A stretch of 62,319 bases of DNA, filler included, from Rhabdomonas costata (GCA_019059605.1; 35 parts of 35 records of this genome joined end to end with filler, not necessarily neighbours in it); one strand, 5' to 3'; numbered from the whole stretch's first letter, positions 12,101 through 23,190 are shown. The notes: generated from the letters alone by a model not told the origin. Numbers and translations are program-made.

Positions 12101-12489
12101 AGAGAGAGAGAGAGAGAGAAGGGAGAGAAGGGAGGGAAGGGCTATAAGAGTACAAGTGGTGGTGGGAATGCGCAAGCACACGCACGGGATCGCTGGGTGC
12201 GGCCCACGCTGCCACTGCCGACAATGCCCACCACCGTGCTCAGCATCGCAGCCCCGCTCACTGCGCAGGAAGCAAACACCGTCAGCGGTGGAAAATGAGG
12301 GAATGGATGAGTGCGCGATGAGGAGAATGGGTTTTGCCGCCGATGATCTTTCTAAGGTGGTTCTGAGCCACAACCGAGGGGGGTCCGAANNNNNNNNNNN
12401 NNNNNNNNNNNNNNNNNNNNNNNNNNNNNNNNNTTAATTAATTAANNNNNNNNNNNNNNNNNNNNNNNNNNNNNNNNNNNNNNNNNNNN

Positions 12490-12927
12490 TGTTTGTTGTG
12501 GATTTAGGGCGGGCGCCTGCTTCTCCATCAGCTTCATCGCACCCTCAGTCTGCTCCTTGTAGGCCGCAACCATCATGTCCTTGAAAGACGGGAAGTTGGT
12601 CAAGTGGATCAGCAGGTCGAAAACCTCAGTCGACAGAAATTCCTTGGTGGACGGGTCCTCCATCTTCGCCGCAAGTGTCTCCATGAACTTGTTGAGGTCG
12701 AACGAAGGGCCGAGGAGGGCCTTCAAGCGAGAGGTTAGCAGGTCGTCCACCATCCCGACGTACTGCTTATAAACGTCGTAGTACACGTGCTTGTTTTCAT
12801 CCGACCCCAAGTCCTTAAAAGTGGCAGCATGCTTGCCGACGAAGGATTTCAGCGCATCCTGGAAAGCCTGCTCGTGTAGAATGGCGTCCAATGTGGCGGA
12901 AACCTTGGTGAAGTCTGGCTGTGCCAT
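12490..12927 (-). CDS. BART-domain (ARL2-binding protein-like) protein, 3'-truncated by the contig end
   Basis: Intronless MAQPDF...FQDALKSFVGKHAATF..DENKHVYYDVYKQYVGMVDDLL...EVFDLLIHLTNFPSFKDMM, with the ENKxxY..Y..Y and DFxxFKxMM-type motifs of BART. Confidence 0.85.
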
Positions 12928-14275
12928 GACCCTCCCGTAGCCGAAGTGCCACCAACAATCGACCGGTGATGGAGAATGGGAAAGAAGCTGTTGAAGTGCA
13001 GAAAAACAGAGCAAGAGCGCACACAAAGGGACTAAGCGTTGCACGTGCCTCGGACCCGCGGAGATTCCAGTCCTGCTGTGTGAGAAACGGTGCCCCACGC
13101 CTCAAAACGCCATTGTAGTGATCTCCTACGAGCACCCAGGCAGCCGACATTGTGTGTTGGGGAGACCTTTTCTTCCTCCCTATTTTTCGGGTGCCTTCTG
13201 CCTTGCTTGTGATAAACCAAGAAGGTGCTTGAACATGAAAACAGAGGCACCTCTGGGACCCCTGGAGGGCAAACACTGTCGATTCAGACTTGTCTTATCT
13301 CCTCGTCCTCCATTCGCAATTTGCGATGAAGCCCAGTTGAGAGGTTGGGGATCAAAGGTCCACCAACAATGATTTCTACCGAACTGCTTTTATAAAAAAA
13401 CACCGTTCTTCAGATGTGCTGCCGCTCGATGGAAATTAATGTGGACATGCGCCATAACCGCGAGTAAAAAGAACCAGAGCTGCGCGCTCACCCGCGTGCT
13501 CACTGCAGACGTAACGACACAAGCGCTAACACTCTCTCGGACAGCGCTTGACTTCCAGCGACCCTGTCGTGGGACCAACGCACTTTGAAACACTGTGCCA
13601 ACGGACAGCGCTTGGATTCGGGCAAGCTAACCAACAACTCAGTACCACAATGCTCATGGGGTTACTCTTAGTATTACCAAATATCAAGGTGCAAACGATC
13701 GTGCTGGAAATCCGACAGAAAGCATCTTCGAATTTGAAAACAAAAACCCTTTCCATTTCCTTCGAAGGAGAAAGAGGCTCCAGACGAGACGACTGCATAC
13801 CCGTCATCGTCCATCCAGTCGGTTTTCAACAAATCCAAACAAAAATAGAATGGGAACAGTGAGCCAACCACCCCGCTTCTAACAGCGGAAAAACTCTAAA
13901 ACCCATGAAAAGAGTGAGAAAGAGACGGAACCGATGTGGCGAGAGCTGGGTTCTCAGGCTGTACCTTCACAAGTCGTTGCAGCGACAGGGTTGGGGTGAG
14001 TCTCGAAACGGCACCGCCCGTACAAAATGTTCCATCTAAATACATCTTAACCTTGAGACCCCAACCAAGTTGCCTTGGAGTGACGGGCACACAGTGCGAC
14101 ACGGTAGTCCATTGCACTGAGACTTTACTTAGCAACTTGATCGTCGAATTATCGAAACAGTTCCGTCTGGTTTNNNNNNNNNNNNNNNNNNNNNNNNNNN
14201 NNNNNNNNNNNNNNNNNTTAATTAATTAANNNNNNNNNNNNNNNNNNNNNNNNNNNNNNNNNNNNNNNNNNNNTT

Positions 14276-15595
14276 GGATCAAAAAATAAATTAAAACAAT
14301 ATTTAGACATTGAAAAAGAATATAATGTAGCAGCACAAATATTCGATAAACAAGGATTTCGTCAATTCGTTCCTTTCAAATCATGGACGGATGCCTTTGA
14401 AAAATATAAACATACCGGATATTACAGCCGTTATATGTATGAAATTATATTGTCACATAAACCATGTAAACCATACCTAGATATTGAATGGATAAATGAT
14501 TCAACAGAACCATATAATACAGATGAATTCATCACAAATTTAAAAATAGATCTAATACATATATTTATTACACGTTATAACAAAAAAATAAATGATACGG
14601 ATATATACATAACTGAATCACATAAACCAACCAAATACTCATTTCATGTTACAATAACAACAAAACCGAATACATTAGTTTATGAAACAAACACAAAAAG
14701 AACAAATAATTCAGCCTGGGATTTATATGTGGCATTAACTGAACTTAATAACGATTATAAAAATAAAATAGATGAAACAGTATATTCATTATATCGAGAA
14801 ATGAGATGTATTTATTCGACGAAATGTGGTGAAGTTAGATTGTTGTATCCATATAAAAAAAAAAAAACACATATAATTGATAATTTTACGGATTATTTAA
14901 TAACAGATATTCATGATAATATTGAATTTATAGAAACAAAATACGAACAACAATTTAAATTTAAACGTGAAAAAGATCTAACAAATAGAAAACATGGTGA
15001 AAAGGAAACAAATGATTTTATTATAAATCGAATAATTGAATTAGTTCAAAACATAGTCCATCCGACAGTTTATTATACAGGTCCAACACATGATAATGGA
15101 TATCGTTTCTCATATACTGACAGATCTGAACCATGTTACACAGGAAATACTCATGAAAATAATGGGTTTGGTGTATATTTAAGACAAAATTCAGGATTTT
15201 TATTCATGATATGTTATTCATCAAGATGTAGTAAATTATTTAAACTTGGTCATTTATATGAAAATATAACGTGGAATATGGAAGCTCAACATGTAAAGGT
15301 CAAATACATTGAATTTGTAGATACAACGACATTAAATAATACATTTGAGAAAAAAAATTTTGATGTTACAAGTATTATATCACAATTTTATAAAGATGGC
15401 GGAACACTTGCAATTAAAAGTCCAATGGGAACCGGAAAGACACAATGTTTAATATCAATAATTCAAAAATTATTTGAAAAACAAAGAATAATATATTTAT
15501 CTCATAGACAATCGTTTAGTAATAATATTGAAGGAAATTTAAAAAGTTTAAATTTTTATAATTACATGAATGGAGCACAAGAAGTATATAAATAA
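14276..15595 (+). CDS. PrimPol-type archaeo-eukaryotic primase fused to an origin-binding-protein (UL9-like) SF2 helicase, giant-virus type, partial
   Basis: Frame is open from the contig start. It has AEP motifs YEII..PCKPYLDIE, KYSFHV and IDETVYS..REMR...STK, a C..H..C..C zinc site (PCYTGNTHENN...ICYSSRC), Walker A IKSPMGTGKT and motif Ia IIYLSHRQSF. The contig is intronless and very AT-rich. Confidence 0.88.
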   Translation, partial: GSKNKLKQYLDIEKEYNVAAQIFDKQGFRQFVPFKSWTDAFEKYKHTGYYSRYMYEIILSHKPCKPYLDIEWINDSTEPYNTDEFITNLKIDLIHIFITRYNKKINDTDIYITESHKPTKYSFHVTITTKPNTLVYETNTKRTNNSAWDLYVALTELNNDYKNKIDETVYSLYREMRCIYSTKCGEVRLLYPYKKKKTHIIDNFTDYLITDIHDNIEFIETKYEQQFKFKREKDLTNRKHGEKETNDFIINRIIELVQNIVHPTVYYTGPTHDNGYRFSYTDRSEPCYTGNTHENNGFGVYLRQNSGFLFMICYSSRCSKLFKLGHLYENITWNMEAQHVKVKYIEFVDTTTLNNTFEKKNFDVTSIISQFYKDGGTLAIKSPMGTGKTQCLISIIQKLFEKQRIIYLSHRQSFSNNIEGNLKSLNFYNYMNGAQEVYK

Positions 15596-15957
15596 CAATG
15601 ATATAATAAGGTATCAAGATACAATATATATACAAGGTAAGAAAATAATGAGCTATTTAGAAATAGAACGACATAATAGAGTAATTTCAAACGAAATAAA
15701 AACAGAAGATAAAAAGAGGATGTATGAGATAGTAGATGAAACATATAAATTTAAAAAGAATACACGAAATACACTATATATATCAATAAATGGAATAATA
15801 GGCGTAATAATGAAAAGGCAACATAATATTTCACGAGCAATACAGAATATGTACGTACATATGATAATGTCGAAAATAGATAATAATCAAACAGTAGATT
15901 ATAACGAGATTAATGACATATATGACAATATAAATTGTTATAAAATACAAAAAACAA
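15570..15957 (+). CDS. AT-rich hypothetical ORF fragment
   Basis: Open frame of about 129 codons rich in I/N/K/Y, running off the contig, with no recognisable motif. Confidence 0.35.
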
Positions 15958-18555
15958 NNNNNNNNNNNNNNNNNNNNNNNNNNNNNNNNNNNNNNNNNNN
16001 NTTAATTAATTAANNNNNNNNNNNNNNNNNNNNNNNNNNNNNNNNNNNNNNNNNNNNGGGGTGGGGTCGTGCAAAATTATTTTGGTGTGTAACTGTGTTA
16101 AACGTCTAACGCCCCCTCCCACAAATACTGGAGCCTCGAAATAAGTTACGGCGTCAGCAATTCCTTACCCTTCGGAATACACGGTTAACTCTCGGTCCCA
16201 TCTTTGTGGTTTTTGGGGGAGTTTGGAGTTTGGGTTTGAAGATTTTGTAGAAAACTGTCGAGATGACTTTAGACAGGGCCATTGTCATTATTGTAGCCTG
16301 CGATGTCCAACCTGTCGTCTGGCTTTGTTTGTTCTCTCAGGGCAGTAATAGTTGCTTGTTGTGGGCAATGGGCAATGATTGCCAGAGTAATGGGGCATGA
16401 CATTCCTTTGGAGACGGGGATAGGGATGTTGCTGCAACCCCATCCCGTCCTGACTCACCTACACACACTCGGGCGCTTGGCTGCCCTGCACATATGTCTC
16501 AACCAGCCAGTTGCTGCTGGTTCTCTCTCTCTCTCGTCGTGCTTGTACATATCTCACACAGAGTCACTTCTTTTGTGGAGTTCAATGTCCGTAGTGTGAG
16601 TGTGGGTGGTGATATGAGTTCTCTGGTGTTCTTGGTTGTCTTGTGTTGTTCTTAGAGCCGATGCAGTCTCATGGAATGTATCTGCTTTCTATCCAAAAAC
16701 CAGTGTTTCAACGTTACGGAGTAAGTGGTGTGCCGACCTCTGTCACCACCCAAATTTCCAATCCAGCGCTTGGCTGTACTGAAAAAGGCTTCCCTCCCTC
16801 TCAGTATCTTTCTCCCTCCCAATTCTGTGCGAAGGGGGAAATGTTACACTGAGAAATGGGTGATCCCTTGGATTTTCTTTGCTTGGGAATCTGTCTTACA
16901 CGATACCGATGTAAATGTGTGTGTGTGTGTTCCGAGCTGTTCCAAGTTCCGAGCTGGTGCAAGAGAGCTGTCAATGGTGTCAGATGGGGCTGGTGCCCTT
17001 CTTTTGGGTGGAAGGTGGCGTAGTAATCGAGCAATCCTGTCACGTTTGGGCGCATGGCTGCCCTGTACATGATTTCCTTTCATCTCCTTGTTCTTTCATC
17101 TCTCCACAATGCTATGCACATAAGACTTGGGTCTGTATGCGTACCATCCGCTCAAGAGGTTAAACTCGTTGCGTTTTTTTCTGAGCACTATCCAAAGTCG
17201 ACACTGCGGTCGGCACGGTCGAGTGTGAAGTGCTCCGAAATGCGTGAGCCCCCCGACCTGTGATCCGGACCAAAGCAATGACTAGAAGTGCCCGCGTTCA
17301 TACTCCGTCGGTGTTACGTGTTGGTGTTAGTGGATGAGTGTGTACTGTTGTGTGGCTCTGTGTGATTGTTTAGTGGATATTGCACTGTTGCAGGCTCTAT
17401 CCATGACACTGATTCTGCGCCTTTTCCGTGGGAAGACGCCGTTTATGTTATATCCTGGGGGATGGGTGGCTCGAGTCCTGCACTTTGACTATGATGGCGC
17501 AGCATTTGATTGCAAAATCTCTTCCTCCTACCCGTTGACTGGTTTATTGGAACTTCTCCCAATTAGTACCCACAGCCCTGCTCAGACGAGGCTCCCAAAA
17601 CACACACGAAACTCGAAGAGTATTCACTTTTGATGTAGTAATATATTGAAGCCCCAGCATGCATTTGCATTTGGAGGCGTGTCCCGAAAATTGGGGTAGA
17701 AGCGCTCATTTATTCGATGGGAAGGCTTCCTCCCCAACACCNNNNNNNNNNNNNNNNNNNNNNNNNNNNNNNNNNNNNNNNNNNNTTAATTAATTAANNN
17801 NNNNNNNNNNNNNNNNNNNNNNNNNNNNNNNNNNNNNNNNNTTGTGTGTGGTCAGAGACGACATTCCAAGGTACCCGGGATCTTGAGCCGTTTAGACCAG
17901 AATCGTAACCTAACTCCCTGAGAAATCATCCATCCGAATCCCAGACGTGCGGTTGTTAAAGCTGAGCCACCTCGATGCGTTGTTGGAGGGCGCAAAAAGC
18001 GAGAACTTTCGTTGTGTTCCGTATGTACCGAAAGGTAGCTACTGATTTGAGTGTATTATTTGTACTGGGAACCTTTGGAGAGGGCAGCGGGAAGCTCTCT
18101 TCTGCCCTTCCGAGAGTGCGGGCTGTTGAGAAACTATGATTCTGTTTGACTGCTTGACGCGTATGTGCCTCTGCAGGACTCCCTGGCGCGTCTGCGCCAA
18201 GACGTGCTTCAGGGCAACCAGCAATTCCAGATGCTCTGCCGCAGTTCCTTGGCCAGCCTCAGCCATGCCCTCTCCGCACAGACACAAAAGGTACGCCACG
18301 CTGCTCCTGCGCGTCGACCTGCGCGGTGAGGAATGGTTACATGCTTCCAACAATTCCGGTTGAATGTGTCATTGACTTATTTTGACCACTCACGTGAGGT
18401 GCAAGAGAAAGGGTTGTCGTATCTGGATTTCCTGTGCATCGAGCTCATTGCTGGAAGGATGCCACATCTCTTTCAAGCAGCTCCTCGACTCTTCTACTTC
18501 TGGTCACATGATTGTGGCGGCTCTCGGGCTGTGGACATGCTCGGTCTTGGTACTG

Positions 18556-18758
18556 GCACTGGGGCCGCCTCAAGACCTGGCTTAACGCTCGTGGTGGGGT
18601 CAAAGATCACCTCCTCTGGGAGAATATTAAGGAGTTTCAGTGGCGTTACAACCTTTCTGATGATGCTGACCCTTTCTTGACTGTGTTGGGCTGTTCGGGA
18701 TGGACACTTTCCGTTCTGACTTCTCTTTCAAAGGTGGGTACAATAGCGCACTTATGCC
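18556..18758 (+). mobile_element. Merlin/IS1595 (ISXO2-like) transposase C-terminus plus putative right end
   Basis: HWGRLKTWLNARGGVKDHLLWENIKEFQWRYN..DPF matches WxxLK...G.....L..YLxEFxWRxN. The sequence ends ...cacttatgcc (5'-GGCATAAG on the minus strand), consistent with GG-initiated TIRs. Confidence 0.7.
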
Positions 18759-18760
18759 GA

Positions 18761-18802
18761 TTATGGTTATGGTTATGGTTATGGTTATGGTTATGGTTAT
18801 GG
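18761..18802 (+). repeat. (TTATGG)7 telomere-like hexamer repeat
   Basis: Direct reading of the sequence. Confidence 0.95.
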
Positions 18803-19643
18803 TTAGGATTATGTTGATAATATAGGTTACCGCCGCACTTTGCCCTGTGTCTCTAAATTTGACTCTGTCTTTATAGGGATCGGCGGAAGCGGAGGAGCTT
18901 CGTCGGCTGTACCTCAACGAGCACACCGTAGTGGAGCAGCTGCAGGGTCAGCTCCGCCAGCTGGAGGCCTCCCCTGCTGGCTCGTCCTCCAAGGCACCCC
19001 TCCCTCTGCTGGCACGTTCGTGGTGGTCCTTCACCGACAGCTGCTGGTTCAGGTTCGTGTCGCGTGTCTGCGTGTGTGTACTGGACATCGCTAGGGAGCA
19101 AATCGTTCTGAGAGCGTTGCATGGACACTGTGGGTGTGAACGGGACTACGCCGAGGGAAGAGGCCCCATCACTTCGGCACCACGAAAGAAGGACGTCCGT
19201 TTTTTATGGATTCGATCATACATTTAAAGAAACTCCTCGAAAGAGACCACAACAACCTGGTCCTTTTCCGGCCTAGTTTGGATTATGTATGCTGAGTGCT
19301 GGTGAGCAAATGTGGATGCTTGGGTGACCCGTGCCACGCCATCAACACTGGCCTTCCCCTCGCCATGTGTGCTTTTTTGGGGTTGGAGACGTGTGCGCTC
19401 CAATGAGAACTCGTGAACTCATCCACCTCGCGAATGTTCTTTTCTCAGTGAGGCGATGCGTGCCCTGCGAGGGGTGCGCGACATGTACAGCTTCGTGTTT
19501 CAGCAGCGGCTGGGGAAACACAAAANNNNNNNNNNNNNNNNNNNNNNNNNNNNNNNNNNNNNNNNNNNNTTAATTAATTAANNNNNNNNNNNNNNNNNNN
19601 NNNNNNNNNNNNNNNNNNNNNNNNNGTGTTGGGTGTGGTTGGT

Positions 19644-20529
19644 GGGGTGAAGCAAGGTAGTGCTCTTCTTTTCGTTATAAACTGCGGTTATGCCCAAACC
19701 CTTTCGGCAGAAGGAAAGGAAGGAAGGAAGGAACGAAGGAACGAAGGAACGAAGGAACGAAGGAAGGAAGGAAGGAAGGAAGGAAGGAATTCGAGCACTC
19801 GGAGAAGATGACTCGTGTTGTGTTGTCTTTAGGTCGGATACAAGTCCAGCGCGAAACCCACCGCCGCTGAAACATGTATGGCTTCCATTTGGACTGAAAT
19901 TAAGACTACAGACCCTTCAATAGGCCTCTTTCCTGCTCCGCTCCTGCTTGCGCCCTTGCACAAAGGCATCTTTCCTTGATGAACTTGCGTTATTCCCTTC
20001 CCTGTCCCGTTTGCTCCGTATTTGTTGTTTTTTTTCTTTCGTTTTCTGTACCAACATCCTTTCGCCACAGCAAAACCAAGGGAAAATGGACTTTGTCAAA
20101 ACGTCAACCTGGACACAACCTCCAGATCGTTTCCGTCCCGTCCCTCAAAAAGGGTTACATCTGCAGTTCGACTGCAGTGTGGAGCAAACGGCACAGGGAA
20201 GGGAATAACGCAAGTTCATCAAGGAAGGATGCCTTTGTGCAAGGGCGCAAGCAGGAGCGGAGCAGGAAAGAGGCCTATTGAAGGGTCTGTAGTCTTAATT
20301 TCAGTCGAATGGAAGCCATACATGTTTCAGCGGCGGTGGGTTTCGCGCTGGACTTGTGTCCGACCTAAAGACAACACAACACGGGTCATCTTCTCCGAAT
20401 GCTCGAATGGCAATTTCAGTCTTCCTTCCTTCCTTCCTTCCTTCCTTTCCTTCTGCCGAAAGGGTTTGGGCATGCGGCAACATAACCGCAGTTTATAACG
20501 AAAAGAAGAGCACTACCTTGCTTCACCCA
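19644..20529. repeat. Imperfect inverted repeat with ~350-370-bp arms and a ~165-bp spacer, containing (GAAG)n
   Basis: 19644-~20018 is the reverse complement of ~20182-20529, with several substitutions, a small indel and different microsatellite lengths. Confidence 0.9.
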
Positions 20530-20564
20530 CCCCCCTCGTTTACCTTCCTCGTTGCCGTGCGCAG

Positions 20565-21284
20565 GGTGCTGGTGCTCGCCGATGGGAAGGGCCATGTCGA
20601 CCAAATCGTCGACGAGTACTGGGTCTGCGCGCTTTCGTGCGTTTTCAACGCTGACAGCCAACGGCGGATTTTGCGTGCCCTGCAATTCCGTTTAGAAGGG
20701 CTTAAAGTGCTAGGCATCTGCTGGAGAGCGATATCGTCATCGCGGGTCATTCCATTTCCCGTTCCTGGTCAGGGTGGATTCGTCGTATAAGGGTTGTTTC
20801 CGGAATGTACCCCCCCCCCTTTTTTTGCGCTGGTCGCTCTTTGCTGATGTGCTCAACTGGTACTGAACTCAGAGTTGTGTTTTTGCAATAACATGGTCCT
20901 CTCCTTTCATGGCAACCGCATCCTTCTCTCCCTCCTTGCCCTCGGCTTTCCTTTTTTCCGTTTTTCTTTTTCTCTGTTTTTATTGGTGCTCCTGTGTGTC
21001 CCCCACCACGTTCACGCTGCATAGTCATACCATAGAATCGAAGAAGTGTTTCGGTGGGGTGGGGGTGGGCATACAAAAATAAGGCGTTGTTCCTTGTATG
21101 TGGGGTTGATGATATCCTAAGCATGCCCTTGGTCTGCTTCTCAGCGGTTCATAGGGTTGCTTCCGGGGTACGGGCTCTCCTGCGAGGGCATCCACAAGGC
21201 CCGCACCACGATGTACAGCACTCCCGTGAACACCCAGGCTCCTATTCTGGTCGGCACCCCGGCACGGCTGGCCAACGCCGTGAC
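20565..21284 (+). CDS. Divergent DEAD/DEAH-box helicase fragment (2 exons)
   Basis: Exons 20565-20622 and 21145-~21284 join in phase: VLVLADGKGHVDQIVDEYW|RFIGLL...APILVGTPARL, giving a degenerate motif Ia and motif Ib (ILVGTPxRL). Confidence 0.6.
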
Positions 21285-21505
21285 GTACGCCCCGCCCCAC
21301 CCCACCNNNNNNNNNNNNNNNNNNNNNNNNNNNNNNNNNNNNNNNNNNNNTTAATTAATTAANNNNNNNNNNNNNNNNNNNNNNNNNNNNNNNNNNNNNN
21401 NNNNNNGGTTGTTTGTTATGCTGGCCACCACTGTGGTACTGCCATGCTACCAACCGCGTTGCACCCCCGTGTCAAATGGGTGAGGGCTGGGGTTCTGTGT
21501 TTCAG

Positions 21506-22607
21506 GCCGCCTTCCTAAAGCGATGCTGCAGGGTCACTGGGTGCTTCTGGAGGGCCTGAGTCTGGCCCAGCCCAGCCTGCTGAGCTTCCTGTACCCCTAG
21601 CTGGACTGCCTCCGGGAGTTCGCGGGCGCTGCGGTACACCGCGGCTTCCGTCTGCTTGCCACCAGCAACGCAGCAAGGCAGGGCAGCAACGGAGTGCCCC
21701 ACGCCATCGTGAACCGGGGCCTTCGGATGTGCCTCCCCCCAGGTCTGTGTACGGCAAGGCACCTTCCTCTCTCTCTCTCTGTCTCTCTCTCTGTGTCTCT
21801 CTCTCTCTGCCCAACGGTCTACACCCCAAAGCTTTTTCTTCTCTTCAGGAAACGCGCAGCGCTTCAACTCTCTCTCGCTCTCTCTCTCTCTCTCTCTTTG
21901 GTTTGATACGGTTGGTGCCAACCAACAATCGCCGAAGCCGAAGAATCGATTTCGTTGGCATGCCCCCAGCAAGCATTCAAGTATCCCAATACAATTTGGG
22001 GGTGTTGGCTGAATCTTTTCTCCGGATAGTAGGAGTCTGGAATCGCGCAGTCCGCTTGCAACCGCTGCAGTTCGGTGCTTACTTTTGTCGCTCTTTCTCT
22101 ATCTTTCTATGCTTACCTGGTTCGTGGAATCCTGATTGGATGTCAGGGGGTTCCAGCTCACTTAACAAGACAGGGCAGGGGTCTCCTTGAGCTTTCCAAG
22201 CACACTGCATGCTCTCATGCCAAAGTTTGCGCAATGTGATAAAAACCATGACCTGATCCCTTTATCCATTCTTTGCCTGGTCTTGTGCAGTGGACGAGGC
22301 CTGCCGTTTGCCCAAAGAGCCTTCTGCTTGCTCGCCGTACTCCGGCGCCGAGGCGGAGGAGCTTCGCGAGCATCTCGTGGAGCTGGTGCGGGCCTCCCTG
22401 CCCCTGGCCCCCGTGGCGGCCAGCGAGGCCTTGGTGGGCTTCCACGAGGCCTTTCTGCGGTGTCACGGCGGGGAGGGGGAGCTCCCTGAGGGTTACGAGG
22501 TGACCTACCGCACCCTCGCCCACGCCACGGCAGCCGTGGCATGGGCTCCAGGCGCCGACCTGGCCGCCGCCCTGCAGGCCTGCTACGGAGCCATGCTCGC
22601 CCACAAG
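21506..22607 (+). CDS. Midasin/dynein-related AAA domain (2 exons) with one in-frame TAG
   Basis: Exons 21506-21742 and 22291-22607 join in phase: GRLPKAMLQGHWVLLEGLSLAQPSLLSFLYP*LD...VHRGFRLLATSN...VPHAIVNRG...ALVGFH. This resembles GxLxxAMxxGxWVLLDExNLA..HPxFRLFATxN..AxxNR. Confidence 0.7.
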
Positions 22608-23190
22608 GCACGTGTGCGCGTACGTGTGTGGTGCGCACGGTCCTTGCGTTATGTGGTGTGTTGGCGCGAGCCGGATTCCAACCTCTCCAGTAAGGCGGGT
22701 TACATACTACGACTTTTTTATCTGTTTTTTTAAGCAAGAGTGGGGTTGGTGTGAAGAGGGTGCTGTGCCCTATATCCATGTAGCACAAATTGAATCGAGA
22801 ATACTCCCAACCAACCCTCCAGCAAGGGCTCTTTTTTTTGGTCTTAAACATTGACTTCGCTAACGGCAACTTGGGCTTTCTCAGATGCAGGGCTTACTTC
22901 ACCGCTAACTCCATGGCATCTTGTCACTATTCCCCGATTTCTTTTTTTTTCGTAGTCCTATCCTTTCGCTCTTTGTCCGTGTCCTCCCCTCCCTGTGGCC
23001 CTGTGGGGTTTGTCTTTCCTCTTCACACGCGGTGCCTTAAATCCGTGGGCCCTTCGGGCTTGCTTCCCAACCCCCCCCAAACACACCCCCNNNNNNNNNN
23101 NNNNNNNNNNNNNNNNNNNNNNNNNNNNNNNNNNTTAATTAATTAANNNNNNNNNNNNNNNNNNNNNNNNNNNNNNNNNNNNNNNNNNNN

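Noticed and set aside
12490-15957. Linkage of the viral-type gene to neighbouring host genes as proof of integration
   Set aside because: The neighbours are separate contigs joined by linkers, so order carries no information.
16058-17741. Short ORFs in this contig and in 26756-28438, 32102-33784, 35668-37350, 44581-46263 and 57071-58752
   Set aside because: No recognisable domains. They are probably intronic or intergenic DNA or small unassignable exons, and many ORFs are driven by microsatellites.
21598-21600. Genome-wide TAG reassignment
   Set aside because: There is only one instance among many conserved exons, and several ORFs (29980, 40126, 61406) appear to terminate at TAG.
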